64,000 bases of DNA from Thermodesulfobacteriota bacterium. GTDB lineage: Bacteria > Desulfobacterota > Desulfobacteria > Desulfobacterales > C00003060. The notes under the pieces are model-generated. The model saw only the letters and a list, made by a program, of their open reading frames with translations. It ran no database searches and was not told the DNA's origin. Every line of letters begins with the position of its first letter. Positions within the stretch are counted from its first letter, which is position 1. A program made the position numbers and the translations under genes. Shown here one piece after another: positions 18,272-27,953 of the stretch. The DNA lies in assembly GCA_034189385.1 (NCBI GenBank), contig JAXHVD010000009.1, positions 1 through 64,000 of the forward strand, written 5' to 3'.

Positions 18272-18300
18272 ATAGTATATGTATTTACCGGAAGTGTCAA
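18272..18300 (-). promoter_or_regulatory. Sigma70 promoter of vapBC
   Basis: TTGACA-17 nt-TACTAT. Confidence 0.75.
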
Positions 18301-18571
18301 GCGTACAGCACGGAGTCCCTCACAGAGCCCGAAGGTTCTTTCTTTGCCGCAGACGAACACAGACATGCGCAGACTGACATCTGGCCGAGCCCAGTGAAAT
18401 GGTCTTCGGATTTCAACTGGGAAAGCCTGTCCCCAAGATCACCCGAAAATGGCTTCATCATTCATCCAACGGATGGTATAGAAGATAGCCTGTGTATAGA
18501 GGATATTCTGCCATCACCGAAATGGCGCCAGGTGATCGGTGGGATGTGCATTTTAACATTCTGGAATACTT

Positions 18572-19444
18572 ATGCGTCTGATCAGCTATAAAGGGGCCGA
18601 GGGGCCTTCCTTGGGCGTTCTAACGCCAAAGAGGAAAGACCATTTCACCCCTGTTTCCGGCCTCCACATGCTGGAGCTTATTAGGAGCGGCGCAGCCGGC
18701 CTAGAGCGGGTAAAACGGGCGCTCAAGGAAGGCTCCCCATTGCCGCTCTCCTCCATCAGCCTGCTGGCGCCTATCCCCCACTTGGTCCGTAATGTCTTCT
18801 GCCTGGGGTGGAACTACGCCGAACACTCCCGGGAGACAGCACAAATACGGGGCCTTCAGGCCAAAACGCCGGAGCGGCCGATCTTTTTCACCAAGGCCAC
18901 CACAACTGTCAACGGCCCATACGACGATATCCCCGTCGATAGCATGGTCTCGGAGCAAATCGACTGGGAAGTGGAGCTTGGCGTCATCATCGGAAGCGGT
19001 GGAAAGAATATCCCGCGCCAAAAGGCCCTGGAGCACGTCTTCGGATATACCGTGATCAACGATGTGTCGGCCCGCGATGTGCAATCTGCCCACGGCAAGC
19101 AGTTTTTCAAGGGAAAGAGTCTCGATGGATACTGCCCCATGGGGCCTTGGGTGGTGACGCCAGAAGAGATCGCCGAACCCCATGGGCTCGACCTTTACTG
19201 CCGGGTAAACGGCGTGCTCAAGCAGGAGGGAAATACCGGGGACATGGTTTTCGATATCCCTTCCATCATCGAATGGCTCTCGCTGGGCATGACGCTGCTG
19301 CCCGGCGATGTCATCGCCACGGGCACACCTGCCGGTGTGGGGTTTGCCCGCACCCCGCCTGAATACCTGACACCCGGCGACGTGGTGGAGTGCACGGTAG
19401 AAGGCATCGGCACGCTCCGCAACGGGGTCGTTGCCATCGGTTAG
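18572..19444 (+). CDS. Fumarylacetoacetate hydrolase family protein
   Basis: GWNYAEH, P.FFTK, DWEVELG, NDVSARD, GKSLDG.CPMGP, PGDVIATGTPAGVG. Confidence 0.93.
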   Translation: MRLISYKGAEGPSLGVLTPKRKDHFTPVSGLHMLELIRSGAAGLERVKRALKEGSPLPLSSISLLAPIPHLVRNVFCLGWNYAEHSRETAQIRGLQAKTPERPIFFTKATTTVNGPYDDIPVDSMVSEQIDWEVELGVIIGSGGKNIPRQKALEHVFGYTVINDVSARDVQSAHGKQFFKGKSLDGYCPMGPWVVTPEEIAEPHGLDLYCRVNGVLKQEGNTGDMVFDIPSIIEWLSLGMTLLPGDVIATGTPAGVGFARTPPEYLTPGDVVECTVEGIGTLRNGVVAIG

Positions 19445-19519
19445 TTTCGAAGAGAAGCGGATTTATGACTTTCGAGGCTCCCTTTACATCAAAAAGGGCC
19501 TTCAAAGAGCATCTGAGCC

Positions 19520-20179
19520 TCATATCAAATAACCAAACCACTGGTCTTTGATCATCTGAAAGTTCGTCTCCACAGCCTTTCTTCCACTAATGATTTCTCC
19601 ATGACCAGGCAGAAGATACTCAACGTCAAGTTCTGCAATCCGTTGGATGCTCTCTTTGAGGAGCTTGCCGTTGCCCCCTGGAAAATCGGTCCGTCCGATT
19701 CCCCCGCTGAAGACCACATCCCCTGAAAAGAGGGCCTTTTGCTCCGGCCAGAAGAGACAGACCGAACCAGGCGAATGGCCCGGGGTGGATACCACTTGAA
19801 AGGTCTCATCTCCCACGTTGAGCCGTCCTTCCTGAAGAAAGAAATCCGGCTCAAAATCATCCAGCCCGGCTATTCTCAAAAAGGGGTTCTTGACCTCCTT
19901 CATAAACTGGCTGTCCACTTGGCTCATGGCCACCTGTGTGGGGTTGTCAAACAGCTGAACGGCCTCCACGTGGTCTGGATGACCGTGGGTGACAATGACA
20001 AGATCCATCTGATCCAAAGAGACCTGCAGCGCTGAGAGTCCCTCTTTTACATGGCTAAAGAGCTGGCGGTGTCCGGGGTCGATGAGGATCTTTTTCGAGC
20101 CGTTTATAAAATAGGTGTTGCAGTTGTTGGACATGATATCACGCCAGATGAATGCGTGAAGATTCTTGGTCACTTCCAT
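19520..20179 (-). CDS. MBL-fold metallo-hydrolase
   Basis: THGHPDH, PGHSPGS, GD, PGHG. Confidence 0.92.
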   Translation of the reverse strand: MEVTKNLHAFIWRDIMSNNCNTYFINGSKKILIDPGHRQLFSHVKEGLSALQVSLDQMDLVIVTHGHPDHVEAVQLFDNPTQVAMSQVDSQFMKEVKNPFLRIAGLDDFEPDFFLQEGRLNVGDETFQVVSTPGHSPGSVCLFWPEQKALFSGDVVFSGGIGRTDFPGGNGKLLKESIQRIAELDVEYLLPGHGEIISGRKAVETNFQMIKDQWFGYLI

Positions 20180-20308
20180 GATAGCTGCTCCTCATTGGGC
20201 CTTCACGGTCATAGGTGCGTCTTGTCAGGAGGGGAAAATGGAATGCCCCTGACGGTCCCTGTCAACTTCTTAAGCGTGGCTTTCTGGATCGTCTTTTCGA
20301 GGGGTCTC

Positions 20309-21469
20309 TCACGGGAGGGCTATTTCTGTAATCTCTGAGACTTTCTTTTCCATCGTGCTCACCCGCTCGACGATCATCTCCAGATATGGCTTGTTTGGAT
20401 CGTCATCAGGTGCCTTTTCATGCACTCGTCTGGCAAATCCACCAATGGCCGTGAGCGGGTTCCTGAGTTCATGGGCCACCCGATTGGCCATCTGCCCAAG
20501 GACAGCGAATTTCTCAGCCCTGGCCAATTGCCTGCTCTTTTTCAACAACTCTTCCGTTCTTTCTTCCACCTTTTTTTCGAGATCCAAATTAAGTTTCTCT
20601 AAATCATCAAGGGCCTTTCTTAGGGCTTCCTCTGCATTCTTCCGATCTGTAATGTCCAGGGCCGTAAAGGTGACGCCAGCCGAAAGGTCTTCAGGATCAA
20701 GTGGCGTTGAGCTTAACAACACGTCGATGACTTCTCCATCTTTACGTTTCCAACGGGTCTCCACAGTCCCTGTTCCCAACTTTCTGATCTGCGCGTATTT
20801 TTCTCTCCCCACGTAGTCAAAATCGTTGTCGCTCGCATACAACATGCGGGCGCTCTGTCCCAACAGTTCCGTGCGAGTGTATCCCGTCATCTCACAAATC
20901 CGATCGTTCACCTGTTTTAGCACACGGTCCTCGACAAGGCCGATCCCTGTGGGTGCTGCCCTGAAAATGCTGTTCAATGTGGCTTCCCTGTTGCGCAGGG
21001 CCTCCTCCGCCTGATTGCGCTCTGTCATATCCAAGGCAAGGGATATGACACCAATGACATTCCCTTGCTGGTCATGAAGGGCAGAGTTGTTCCACTCGCA
21101 GGTGATGATTCGTCCCTCTTTGGTGAGATTGTCATTGATCGATCGGCTGGGGAGCTTGCCCTGGACAAGATACTTCACCACGTCCTCCACATGGAGGCGA
21201 TCTTTCTCTGGTACCACGAAATCGAAAAAACTACGTCCAAGCACTTCTTCTTTGGACCAACCAAAGAGCTCCTGGGCCTTCTCGTTCCAATCCGTTACTC
21301 GGGTCTCTAGGTCCCAAACCACAAAGGCCAAGGGCGCCGTATTGTACACATTGCGAAAGAGTTCCTCTTTCTCGCGAACGGCCTCTGCGGCCCTGTGGTT
21401 CTTGGCAAACACCCTTTCCAGCTCACGAACCTTCTGTTCCAACGCTTCATATGTTGGTTTCGCGGTCAT
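20309..21469 (-). CDS. PAS-PAS-HisKA protein lacking the HATPase domain
   Basis: MTAKPTYEALE after a GGAGG RBS; two PAS/PAC domains; VAHELRNPL; stop ~45 aa later. Confidence 0.8.
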   Translation of the reverse strand: MTAKPTYEALEQKVRELERVFAKNHRAAEAVREKEELFRNVYNTAPLAFVVWDLETRVTDWNEKAQELFGWSKEEVLGRSFFDFVVPEKDRLHVEDVVKYLVQGKLPSRSINDNLTKEGRIITCEWNNSALHDQQGNVIGVISLALDMTERNQAEEALRNREATLNSIFRAAPTGIGLVEDRVLKQVNDRICEMTGYTRTELLGQSARMLYASDNDFDYVGREKYAQIRKLGTGTVETRWKRKDGEVIDVLLSSTPLDPEDLSAGVTFTALDITDRKNAEEALRKALDDLEKLNLDLEKKVEERTEELLKKSRQLARAEKFAVLGQMANRVAHELRNPLTAIGGFARRVHEKAPDDDPNKPYLEMIVERVSTMEKKVSEITEIALP

Positions 21470-21696
21470 CAGCTTGCCTCCAATACCCGTGACGTCAAAG
21501 AAGCAGGTACCGGCTATTGCCGCCCATGGCCTGGTTCTTTTGATATCCTCATCTCCCTTTCCAGTCAAGGAGATCAGAACGAGATGGGGCACAGGCCTGC
21601 CATTTTTCCACCCAGGCCCTTTGCCCAACCTGTTTTAACCTTCCGGCTTTCATGTATCGCAAACCTGCAAGACTCACTGTGGTCCCTTCTTGCTAT

Positions 21697-23511
21697 TTAT
21701 AACCTATCGAACTTTGCGGCCTGCAATTCCGCCCCAATGTCATCTAGTGCATGACTGAAACCTTCTAATATTCCTTTTAGAGCTGATTCATCCTGCTCGT
21801 GATACAACAAGGAAAGGCTCATCATTTTCCGCTTCTCTCTCAGTCGCGCCTGACGCTTTATGGCCATCCTTTCTGCAAGGGGCTCAAGTACACGAGCGGC
21901 TTGTGACACGTTTTGATATCTCGCAACAGGGTCTCTTTGTGTGGCACCTTGAATGAATTCGCACAGCTCGTCAGGCAAATTGGGCCTCAGCCCACGTACA
22001 TCTGGTATATCCTCACAAAGGCGCGATTCTATCACCCTGGCGATGTCGTCTTCAGCAAAAGGCCTCTTGCCGGTGATCATCTCAAAAGCCGTGATGCCCA
22101 GAGAGAAGATATCTGCTCTCTCATCGCCAGATTCGCCATCGATTGCCTCTGGTGCAGCGTAAAAGATGGTGCCTTTTAAACCGCAATCCATGGCCCCTGG
22201 CGGGCAGGCCAGCCCGAAGTCAATGATTTTTACCCGATCGTTCGGCTGGATAAAAATGTTGGCCGGTTTGATGTCTTGATGAACGATGCCTTGGTCATGG
22301 GCATAACTGAGGCCTGCACATATCTGCAACAGAATATCCAATGCCCTGGACAAAGGCAACTTCTGCGCCTTTTTAAGGAGATAATCTAGGGGGACACCCT
22401 CGAGATACTCTGTAATGATGAAGATCGTTCTATACAACTCCTCAATGTCGTATACTTTGACAATGTTCTCATGATTAAACTGCGCGATCGTCTTTGCTTC
22501 ATTACGAAACTTTTCCGAAAAATCAGGATCCATGGCCATGTCATGTTTGAGCATCTTAATAGCAACGGGCATATTCAAGTGCTTATGCATCCCTTTGTAA
22601 ACAATACTCCACCCCCCTTGGCCAATGATCTCATTGATGACGTATTTGCCAACATTTCTCTCTGCAGTATACCATTCACGAGAAAGCCGACGGGTGATGA
22701 CCTCTGTCAGAAAATCTTGTACATCGCCACAACCTTCACATAGTGCCTCAAATTGTTCTTTCGTCATGCTCCACAACTTCACATCAGTCTCGGCATCCAC
22801 ATGGGCACTTCTGGTTCCGCCTGTGAACAGAGCCACCTCTCCGAGGATATCTCCAGCACGACTGCGAGCAACTGGATAATCAATGCCATCTTTTTCCACA
22901 TTGACGACACATGTCCCCTGCTGAATAACATACAAAGTGTCTCCATACGTTCCTTGCTCAATAAGTCTCTCTCCTGGCTCCAGCCAAAGTTGTTTCATCG
23001 AGTTCAGTAAATAACATTTCGCCTCGTCAGAGAGCGCGTCAAAAAGCTTGGTGCCCATAAAGAACTCTAAATCACGGGCAGACATCCCCTTTTTCCCCAT
23101 AGGGGTCCAGTCCCTATAGGCGCCTCCAAAGCGCTCTTGCGGCATCAGTTCAACACCAACGAACTGAGAGTCCGCGTTTGCTGCATCTTCAGTCCCATGG
23201 ACGACCTTGCCCACATGAGGTATCCACACCTCTTCCTCGGCTAGCCGCGTCTTCATATGAAGCAAAGCCCCAACCCTCAGTGGCAAAGGCGACTTCAAGA
23301 GAAATCCCTCTTGACTCCTGTTGAGCACTTGAACGACCCATGTGTCACGCTCATATGGCGGGGCAAGGTGGGGCCCATCTTTATCGTGTTGCGGAAAAAT
23401 GATCGCAACCTCCCATGTTGCAACGGTCTGCCTGGGCCACTTGCGGCGCTCCTTTTTTGCCTTCATTGTGACCTCCGTGAAAGCAGTGCCCTTCTCCATT
23501 GATTTACCCAC
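21697..23511 (-). CDS. Ser/Thr protein kinase with PilZ-like and cNMP-binding domains
   Basis: ERRKWPRQ..NRSQEG (PilZ-like), GEVALF..RSA (cNMP), IGQGG, VAIK, HQDIKPAN, DFG, APE; start uncertain. Confidence 0.88.
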   Translation of the reverse strand: MGKSMEKGTAFTEVTMKAKKERRKWPRQTVATWEVAIIFPQHDKDGPHLAPPYERDTWVVQVLNRSQEGFLLKSPLPLRVGALLHMKTRLAEEEVWIPHVGKVVHGTEDAANADSQFVGVELMPQERFGGAYRDWTPMGKKGMSARDLEFFMGTKLFDALSDEAKCYLLNSMKQLWLEPGERLIEQGTYGDTLYVIQQGTCVVNVEKDGIDYPVARSRAGDILGEVALFTGGTRSAHVDAETDVKLWSMTKEQFEALCEGCGDVQDFLTEVITRRLSREWYTAERNVGKYVINEIIGQGGWSIVYKGMHKHLNMPVAIKMLKHDMAMDPDFSEKFRNEAKTIAQFNHENIVKVYDIEELYRTIFIITEYLEGVPLDYLLKKAQKLPLSRALDILLQICAGLSYAHDQGIVHQDIKPANIFIQPNDRVKIIDFGLACPPGAMDCGLKGTIFYAAPEAIDGESGDERADIFSLGITAFEMITGKRPFAEDDIARVIESRLCEDIPDVRGLRPNLPDELCEFIQGATQRDPVARYQNVSQAARVLEPLAERMAIKRQARLREKRKMMSLSLLYHEQDESALKGILEGFSHALDDIGAELQAAKFDRL

Positions 23512-23878
23512 ACAAGTTTCTCACCCTTATCAACCATTAGAAATAACAGCTAAAAGTGCCCTGAAGTTGCTAGAAAATGGAAGAGCCCTCGTTGGAATCT
23601 TTCTGATGCAAAGGGAGCCTCGGGAGTAGGAAATCCGCTTCTCTTCGGCCTCCCATGCCTTATTTCCCACTCCCTCTGTTTGCACATCCCGGGGGGTACA
23701 AGTCTTGACAGAGCTACTATTAGTGGAAAGGGGGGGTGCAAGTGGGTGTCTCTCCCTGGAACAGTCTCATTGGGTGCAGTGAATCTTACCAAATCTTCTG
23801 ACCCGCACCCTTATGAAGGTGCCCTGGAGTCGATAAAGCGGCCGTCCATGCCTGTGATGGGCGGCCGCAAAAAAAGTG

Positions 23879-24139
23879 TCAGCACCAGCAAAACAAGCGT
23901 CCGCCATGGACGATGCAGCATATGCTCTTACCCGGCGTATCGATGAGTTTCGTCTCAATGCTCTCGCTATTCAGCACTGAATACTCATCTGGTGAAACAC
24001 CTGCCGCGGCCAGTGCATGGGCGCTTACCAATTTGGCTTGCTCCGGAGAAATGCGGCGATCCTTCCCGGGGGCCTCAACACCGAGAAAGTTGCCGTCAGT
24101 ATCATAGACAATCTTGAATTCACGCTTTGCCTTTGCCAT
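23879..24139 (-). CDS. Small protein with Cys-rich C-terminus
   Basis: AAAGGAGG RBS before the ATG at 24139; 86 aa ending ICCIVHGGRLFCWC. Confidence 0.65.
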   Translation of the reverse strand: MAKAKREFKIVYDTDGNFLGVEAPGKDRRISPEQAKLVSAHALAAAGVSPDEYSVLNSESIETKLIDTPGKSICCIVHGGRLFCWC

Positions 24140-24256
24140 CCTGTGCCTCCTTTCAGCCAAGAGTTGCTTCCTCCAGTCAACATGAACCCTCATGTGGCCC
24201 CATGGATTCCTTACTTATCACCCCCTTTGCCAGGGTGTTCCAAAAAAGACGCCACT

Positions 24257-27200
24257 TTAGAATGAAAACGTCATCCTACCCAGCACCAGACGCTCTGGGA
24301 AGACCCTCGAATTCTGGGGATCCGTGTCTTGAAAATGGAAGTCCTCATCAAATATGTTCTTTATCTCCACTTCCACGAGTCCAAGCCGCTTGGGCAAGCG
24401 ATAACCAACAGAGGCATCAAATGTCCAGAACTGATCATCATCTGATTCAATGCCCGTCAAGGCATTGCCAAAATCCCCATCTTGACTCACGTAGGTCGCC
24501 TTCCATCTTGCAATCAACCCCTCTGGGTGGAAGAGGCGGGCCCCCAAGGAGAACCTGTGCGTGGTAAGCTCCACCACGGCTTCTTCTCCAGGGCGATCTG
24601 GATCCCTGTCCCACTTTTCAAATTGATATTCTGTAGCCAGGGCAAGGCATTTCAATGGGGTCCAGAAAAGATACCCCCGACCGATGTACTCCTCCCAATC
24701 CACTTCGCGGACCTCCATGCTCACGAGATCCAGAAGGGGTACGTCAAGATCCCTCTTAGAAAACTCAGCCCCCATATAGCATGTGGAAGATACTTTTTGG
24801 TCGATGCCCGCCCCATAACGCCACGCTTCTGTGGCCTCCACGTCGTCAAAGAATTGATTAAAGCCGGCCACCTGGGTCGGTTCGATGGTCTGACTCGATA
24901 TGAGCATCCTCTTCAGGGTCCTAAATGCCGCGGCGCGCACCGTCGTTCCATGGGTTGGGTGCCATAGAAGCCCTATCTTTGGATTCAATTGCTCAATATC
25001 TGCCATGTCACTATCAAAAGACTCTGCGCTTCCCCCCAGAGTCCAGGTACAACTGTCGGGATAATTGAGTAATGAATAGACATAGAAGTTGGAGTGGCGG
25101 ATATCCGTATCTTTCTCTGATGTTGAAGTGATTGGAACCGGCGGGATGGGAATGGTCTGGGTCATCACTTCTTCTCGGTCTGCATCGAAACGACCACCGC
25201 CAGTTATCAAATCAAACCGCTCTGAACGAAAAAGATACTGCCCCTCAGCCAGATAGCCATCCTCGTCTGTGTCAATGTCAAAGTAAATGGGGTCCGATAA
25301 CGTACTACCATAGTCTCCTTGCCTATAAATAACGGAACCGACGACATCGGAATGGGGCGCAAAGGCATGGTGAATGCCTAAGCGTGCCGTATGGAAATCC
25401 TCTTCCTGCCTAAGAGTGGACAAAAAGGCATGGGGATCAAAACGGAGTAACAAATCCCCTTTGTCAATATCCTTGTATCGGAATTCTGCCTGCACACTTG
25501 TTGCGGGCGAAAGACTCACCTGAGTAAAGACATCGTAGATGTCTTGCTTCTGGTCGTTATTGTCCCGGAAACCGTCTGTCTCGTAATGAAAGTGCCCAAG
25601 GCTATAGCAGAATCGTTCCCACACAGCGGAATGGACCAGTTCATCCCCAAAGGTATCATTCTCGCCCCAAATGCCGCTCGCCTGAAGTGCCAGCCTGTTC
25701 CTCAAAAACAGTGGATTAAATTCATTAAAAGATGGCTCTGCTGGGCCGGCGCCCTCTGGGATAAAGAGATTGCTCTCTGCAAGTTGAGGCTGAACAGGTG
25801 TGATATTGATCGGCTGCAACAGTTGGGACTGGAGAAGCTCGCTGACCTTGGCGATTTCATGGCGAGGCAACTCATCATATGTATCGGCCAGGAATCTGTG
25901 GGCAGAGTAGTTCGCGGGATCTGTATTGACTGATTTCCAGCCCTCCACCAGCGCTAGCTGTCGAAATCCCAGATCTCTATAAATCCGTCCAATACTGGCG
26001 CTGCGTGCGGCCAGATCCTCATCCAGGAGCAGGCGAGACCTGTAGACCGCCCTGTTGTTATTCAGCTCGACGGATTTTTGCAAATCTTGTACGGCCTCCA
26101 CCGGTCGATTTTGGGTCTGTTTTCGAATGGCATCATAGAACCAGGGCGTGGGGTCTTTGGGGTCAAGGGCCTTGGCAATGGCAAACTGACCCAATGCCAG
26201 CTTATCCAGCTTTTCGTCAAAGTACGCCTTTCCCAAATAGCTTCGAATGAGGGCATTGTTCGGATCTAAACTGACAGCGATTTCTATCTCGCCACGGCCA
26301 TGATTCAGCTCACCCTCACGGATCTTTGCTAGACCAAGGCCCAGCCGGGGTAAAGGTGCGGTTTGATCTAGAGCGATGGCCTTTTGAAAAGCCTTTTTTG
26401 CAAGGTCCGTCTTCATCTTAGTGAGGTTCGCATAACCCAAGACCGTTTCAGTGCGTGCAAGATTCGGATTCCAGAATACAGCTTCCTTTGCCGCATCATC
26501 GGCCTTGTCCAGATGGCCCACGGACAATCTTAGCTCAGCCAGTCTGGCCCATACGATGGCATTTCCTGGGCTCAGGTTCACTGCTTCCTCTATAGCCTCA
26601 AGTGCCCCTGGCAAGTCAAAAAGGGCCTGCTTTGCGTAGGAGAGCGCCACCTTTGCCGGTGACGATTCGCCGTCAAGTGTGGCAGCCTTTTTTGCCAATT
26701 CCAGGGCCTCTTCTTCTTGGTTTTGTACCACAGCGATGATAGACTGAAGGGAAAAAGCATCACTACTAGCCGGATCAAGTTGTATCGCCCTTTCCAGATT
26801 GCCCCGGGCCTCGTCAACACGTCCCACCTTTAGCAGCAATTCAGCCCGATAAGTGAAAAAGCGGGCATCACGGATATTGTCAGATGCCCTCTCCAGACAC
26901 GAAAAGGCCTTGGCGAGGTCGCCTTCCTGGCAAAACGCTATGGACCTTCTCACGTCCCTTTGCCAATCCAGGAGCTCTTCACCCAAGAAATCCTCTGGGC
27001 TAAAGTGCAGGATAGAAGGATAATAGAGTGCCCATTGCACGGCCTGTCTTGGACGCACCACGACCCGTGAGATCGGCGCCTGTCCCCGTTGAGCCACTGC
27101 CGATTCTCCACTTTGCAAGATTAGGCTACCGGCCTTATTCGATGCCAGCACTCGGCCTTGGAAGACGGACACAAGCGTTTCCTCATCCGCCACCTGCATG

Positions 27201-27670
27201 TAGAACTCCGTCCCCTCCACGCTTCCGTTAACAAAAGGTGTAGCGACCTTAAGGCTGCGGGGAATCCGGCTGAAGAAATAAGCGGCGCCCGAGAGAAGAT
27301 TCATCAGAAGACTGTCTTCTTTCTCCAGGCCACCGAGGGTAAGGGTACTGTTCTCATCAAGACGCAAGACCGCCCCGTTACTGAGGACAATGGCCGCCCG
27401 ACTCCGTTCTTGAACCCGAAGCATGTCGCCAGGACAAAAGGTGTCATTCTGGGCCACCGATACCCACCGAGGGCCCCTGGCGCTTCGAGATTGGACAGAC
27501 CCCTGAACAGAGACAACCTTGGCTACCCACTGCTCACATCTCTGTGCAAAGACCACGGAAGGGGAAACCAACCCCACGAACGTGGCCATAAACACAACAC
27601 CAATAGCAACGAGCGCGTTCATGTGCTTCAATGCCCTGGTATCTGTGGCAAGACTCGAAACCATTCGCAA
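24257..27670 (-). CDS. FecR-domain/TPR/TonB-dependent-receptor-like outer membrane protein
   Basis: Signal peptide, FecR-like V.TP...SVEGTEF, multiple TPRs, beta-barrel ending in Phe. Confidence 0.85.
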   Translation of the reverse strand: MRMVSSLATDTRALKHMNALVAIGVVFMATFVGLVSPSVVFAQRCEQWVAKVVSVQGSVQSRSARGPRWVSVAQNDTFCPGDMLRVQERSRAAIVLSNGAVLRLDENSTLTLGGLEKEDSLLMNLLSGAAYFFSRIPRSLKVATPFVNGSVEGTEFYMQVADEETLVSVFQGRVLASNKAGSLILQSGESAVAQRGQAPISRVVVRPRQAVQWALYYPSILHFSPEDFLGEELLDWQRDVRRSIAFCQEGDLAKAFSCLERASDNIRDARFFTYRAELLLKVGRVDEARGNLERAIQLDPASSDAFSLQSIIAVVQNQEEEALELAKKAATLDGESSPAKVALSYAKQALFDLPGALEAIEEAVNLSPGNAIVWARLAELRLSVGHLDKADDAAKEAVFWNPNLARTETVLGYANLTKMKTDLAKKAFQKAIALDQTAPLPRLGLGLAKIREGELNHGRGEIEIAVSLDPNNALIRSYLGKAYFDEKLDKLALGQFAIAKALDPKDPTPWFYDAIRKQTQNRPVEAVQDLQKSVELNNNRAVYRSRLLLDEDLAARSASIGRIYRDLGFRQLALVEGWKSVNTDPANYSAHRFLADTYDELPRHEIAKVSELLQSQLLQPINITPVQPQLAESNLFIPEGAGPAEPSFNEFNPLFLRNRLALQASGIWGENDTFGDELVHSAVWERFCYSLGHFHYETDGFRDNNDQKQDIYDVFTQVSLSPATSVQAEFRYKDIDKGDLLLRFDPHAFLSTLRQEEDFHTARLGIHHAFAPHSDVVGSVIYRQGDYGSTLSDPIYFDIDTDEDGYLAEGQYLFRSERFDLITGGGRFDADREEVMTQTIPIPPVPITSTSEKDTDIRHSNFYVYSLLNYPDSCTWTLGGSAESFDSDMADIEQLNPKIGLLWHPTHGTTVRAAAFRTLKRMLISSQTIEPTQVAGFNQFFDDVEATEAWRYGAGIDQKVSSTCYMGAEFSKRDLDVPLLDLVSMEVREVDWEEYIGRGYLFWTPLKCLALATEYQFEKWDRDPDRPGEEAVVELTTHRFSLGARLFHPEGLIARWKATYVSQDGDFGNALTGIESDDDQFWTFDASVGYRLPKRLGLVEVEIKNIFDEDFHFQDTDPQNSRVFPERLVLGRMTFSF

Positions 27671-27739
27671 TCACCCCTTTCCACATACGAATGCGGCAAA
27701 AAGTATTTAGACATCGTCTCTTAGTTGTAGAAACAAATA

Positions 27740-27894
27740 GTCACCGCAAAGACGCGAAGAGCGCAGAGTCTATTTTTCTTTATGTTTTCCGCTGAGACGC
27801 CGGAAAACATAGAAAAGCTATCGCCTATGGTGAACAGAAACGGATTCCTTTGTGTCCTTTGCGTCTCGAGCAAGTGAATACGAGCGGCGGTGAC
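27740..27894. repeat. Inverted-arm element related to repeat B
   Basis: gtcaccgcaaagacgcgaagagcgcagag ... ctttgtgtcctttgcgtctcg..gcggtgac, with inner hairpin tatgttttccGCTGAGacgccggaaaacata. Confidence 0.8.
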
Positions 27895-27953
27895 CTTATG
27901 TTTGAATGTCGATGATCTCATGAGTAAGTAGACGCCTGGCCTTCTGTTAGCCA

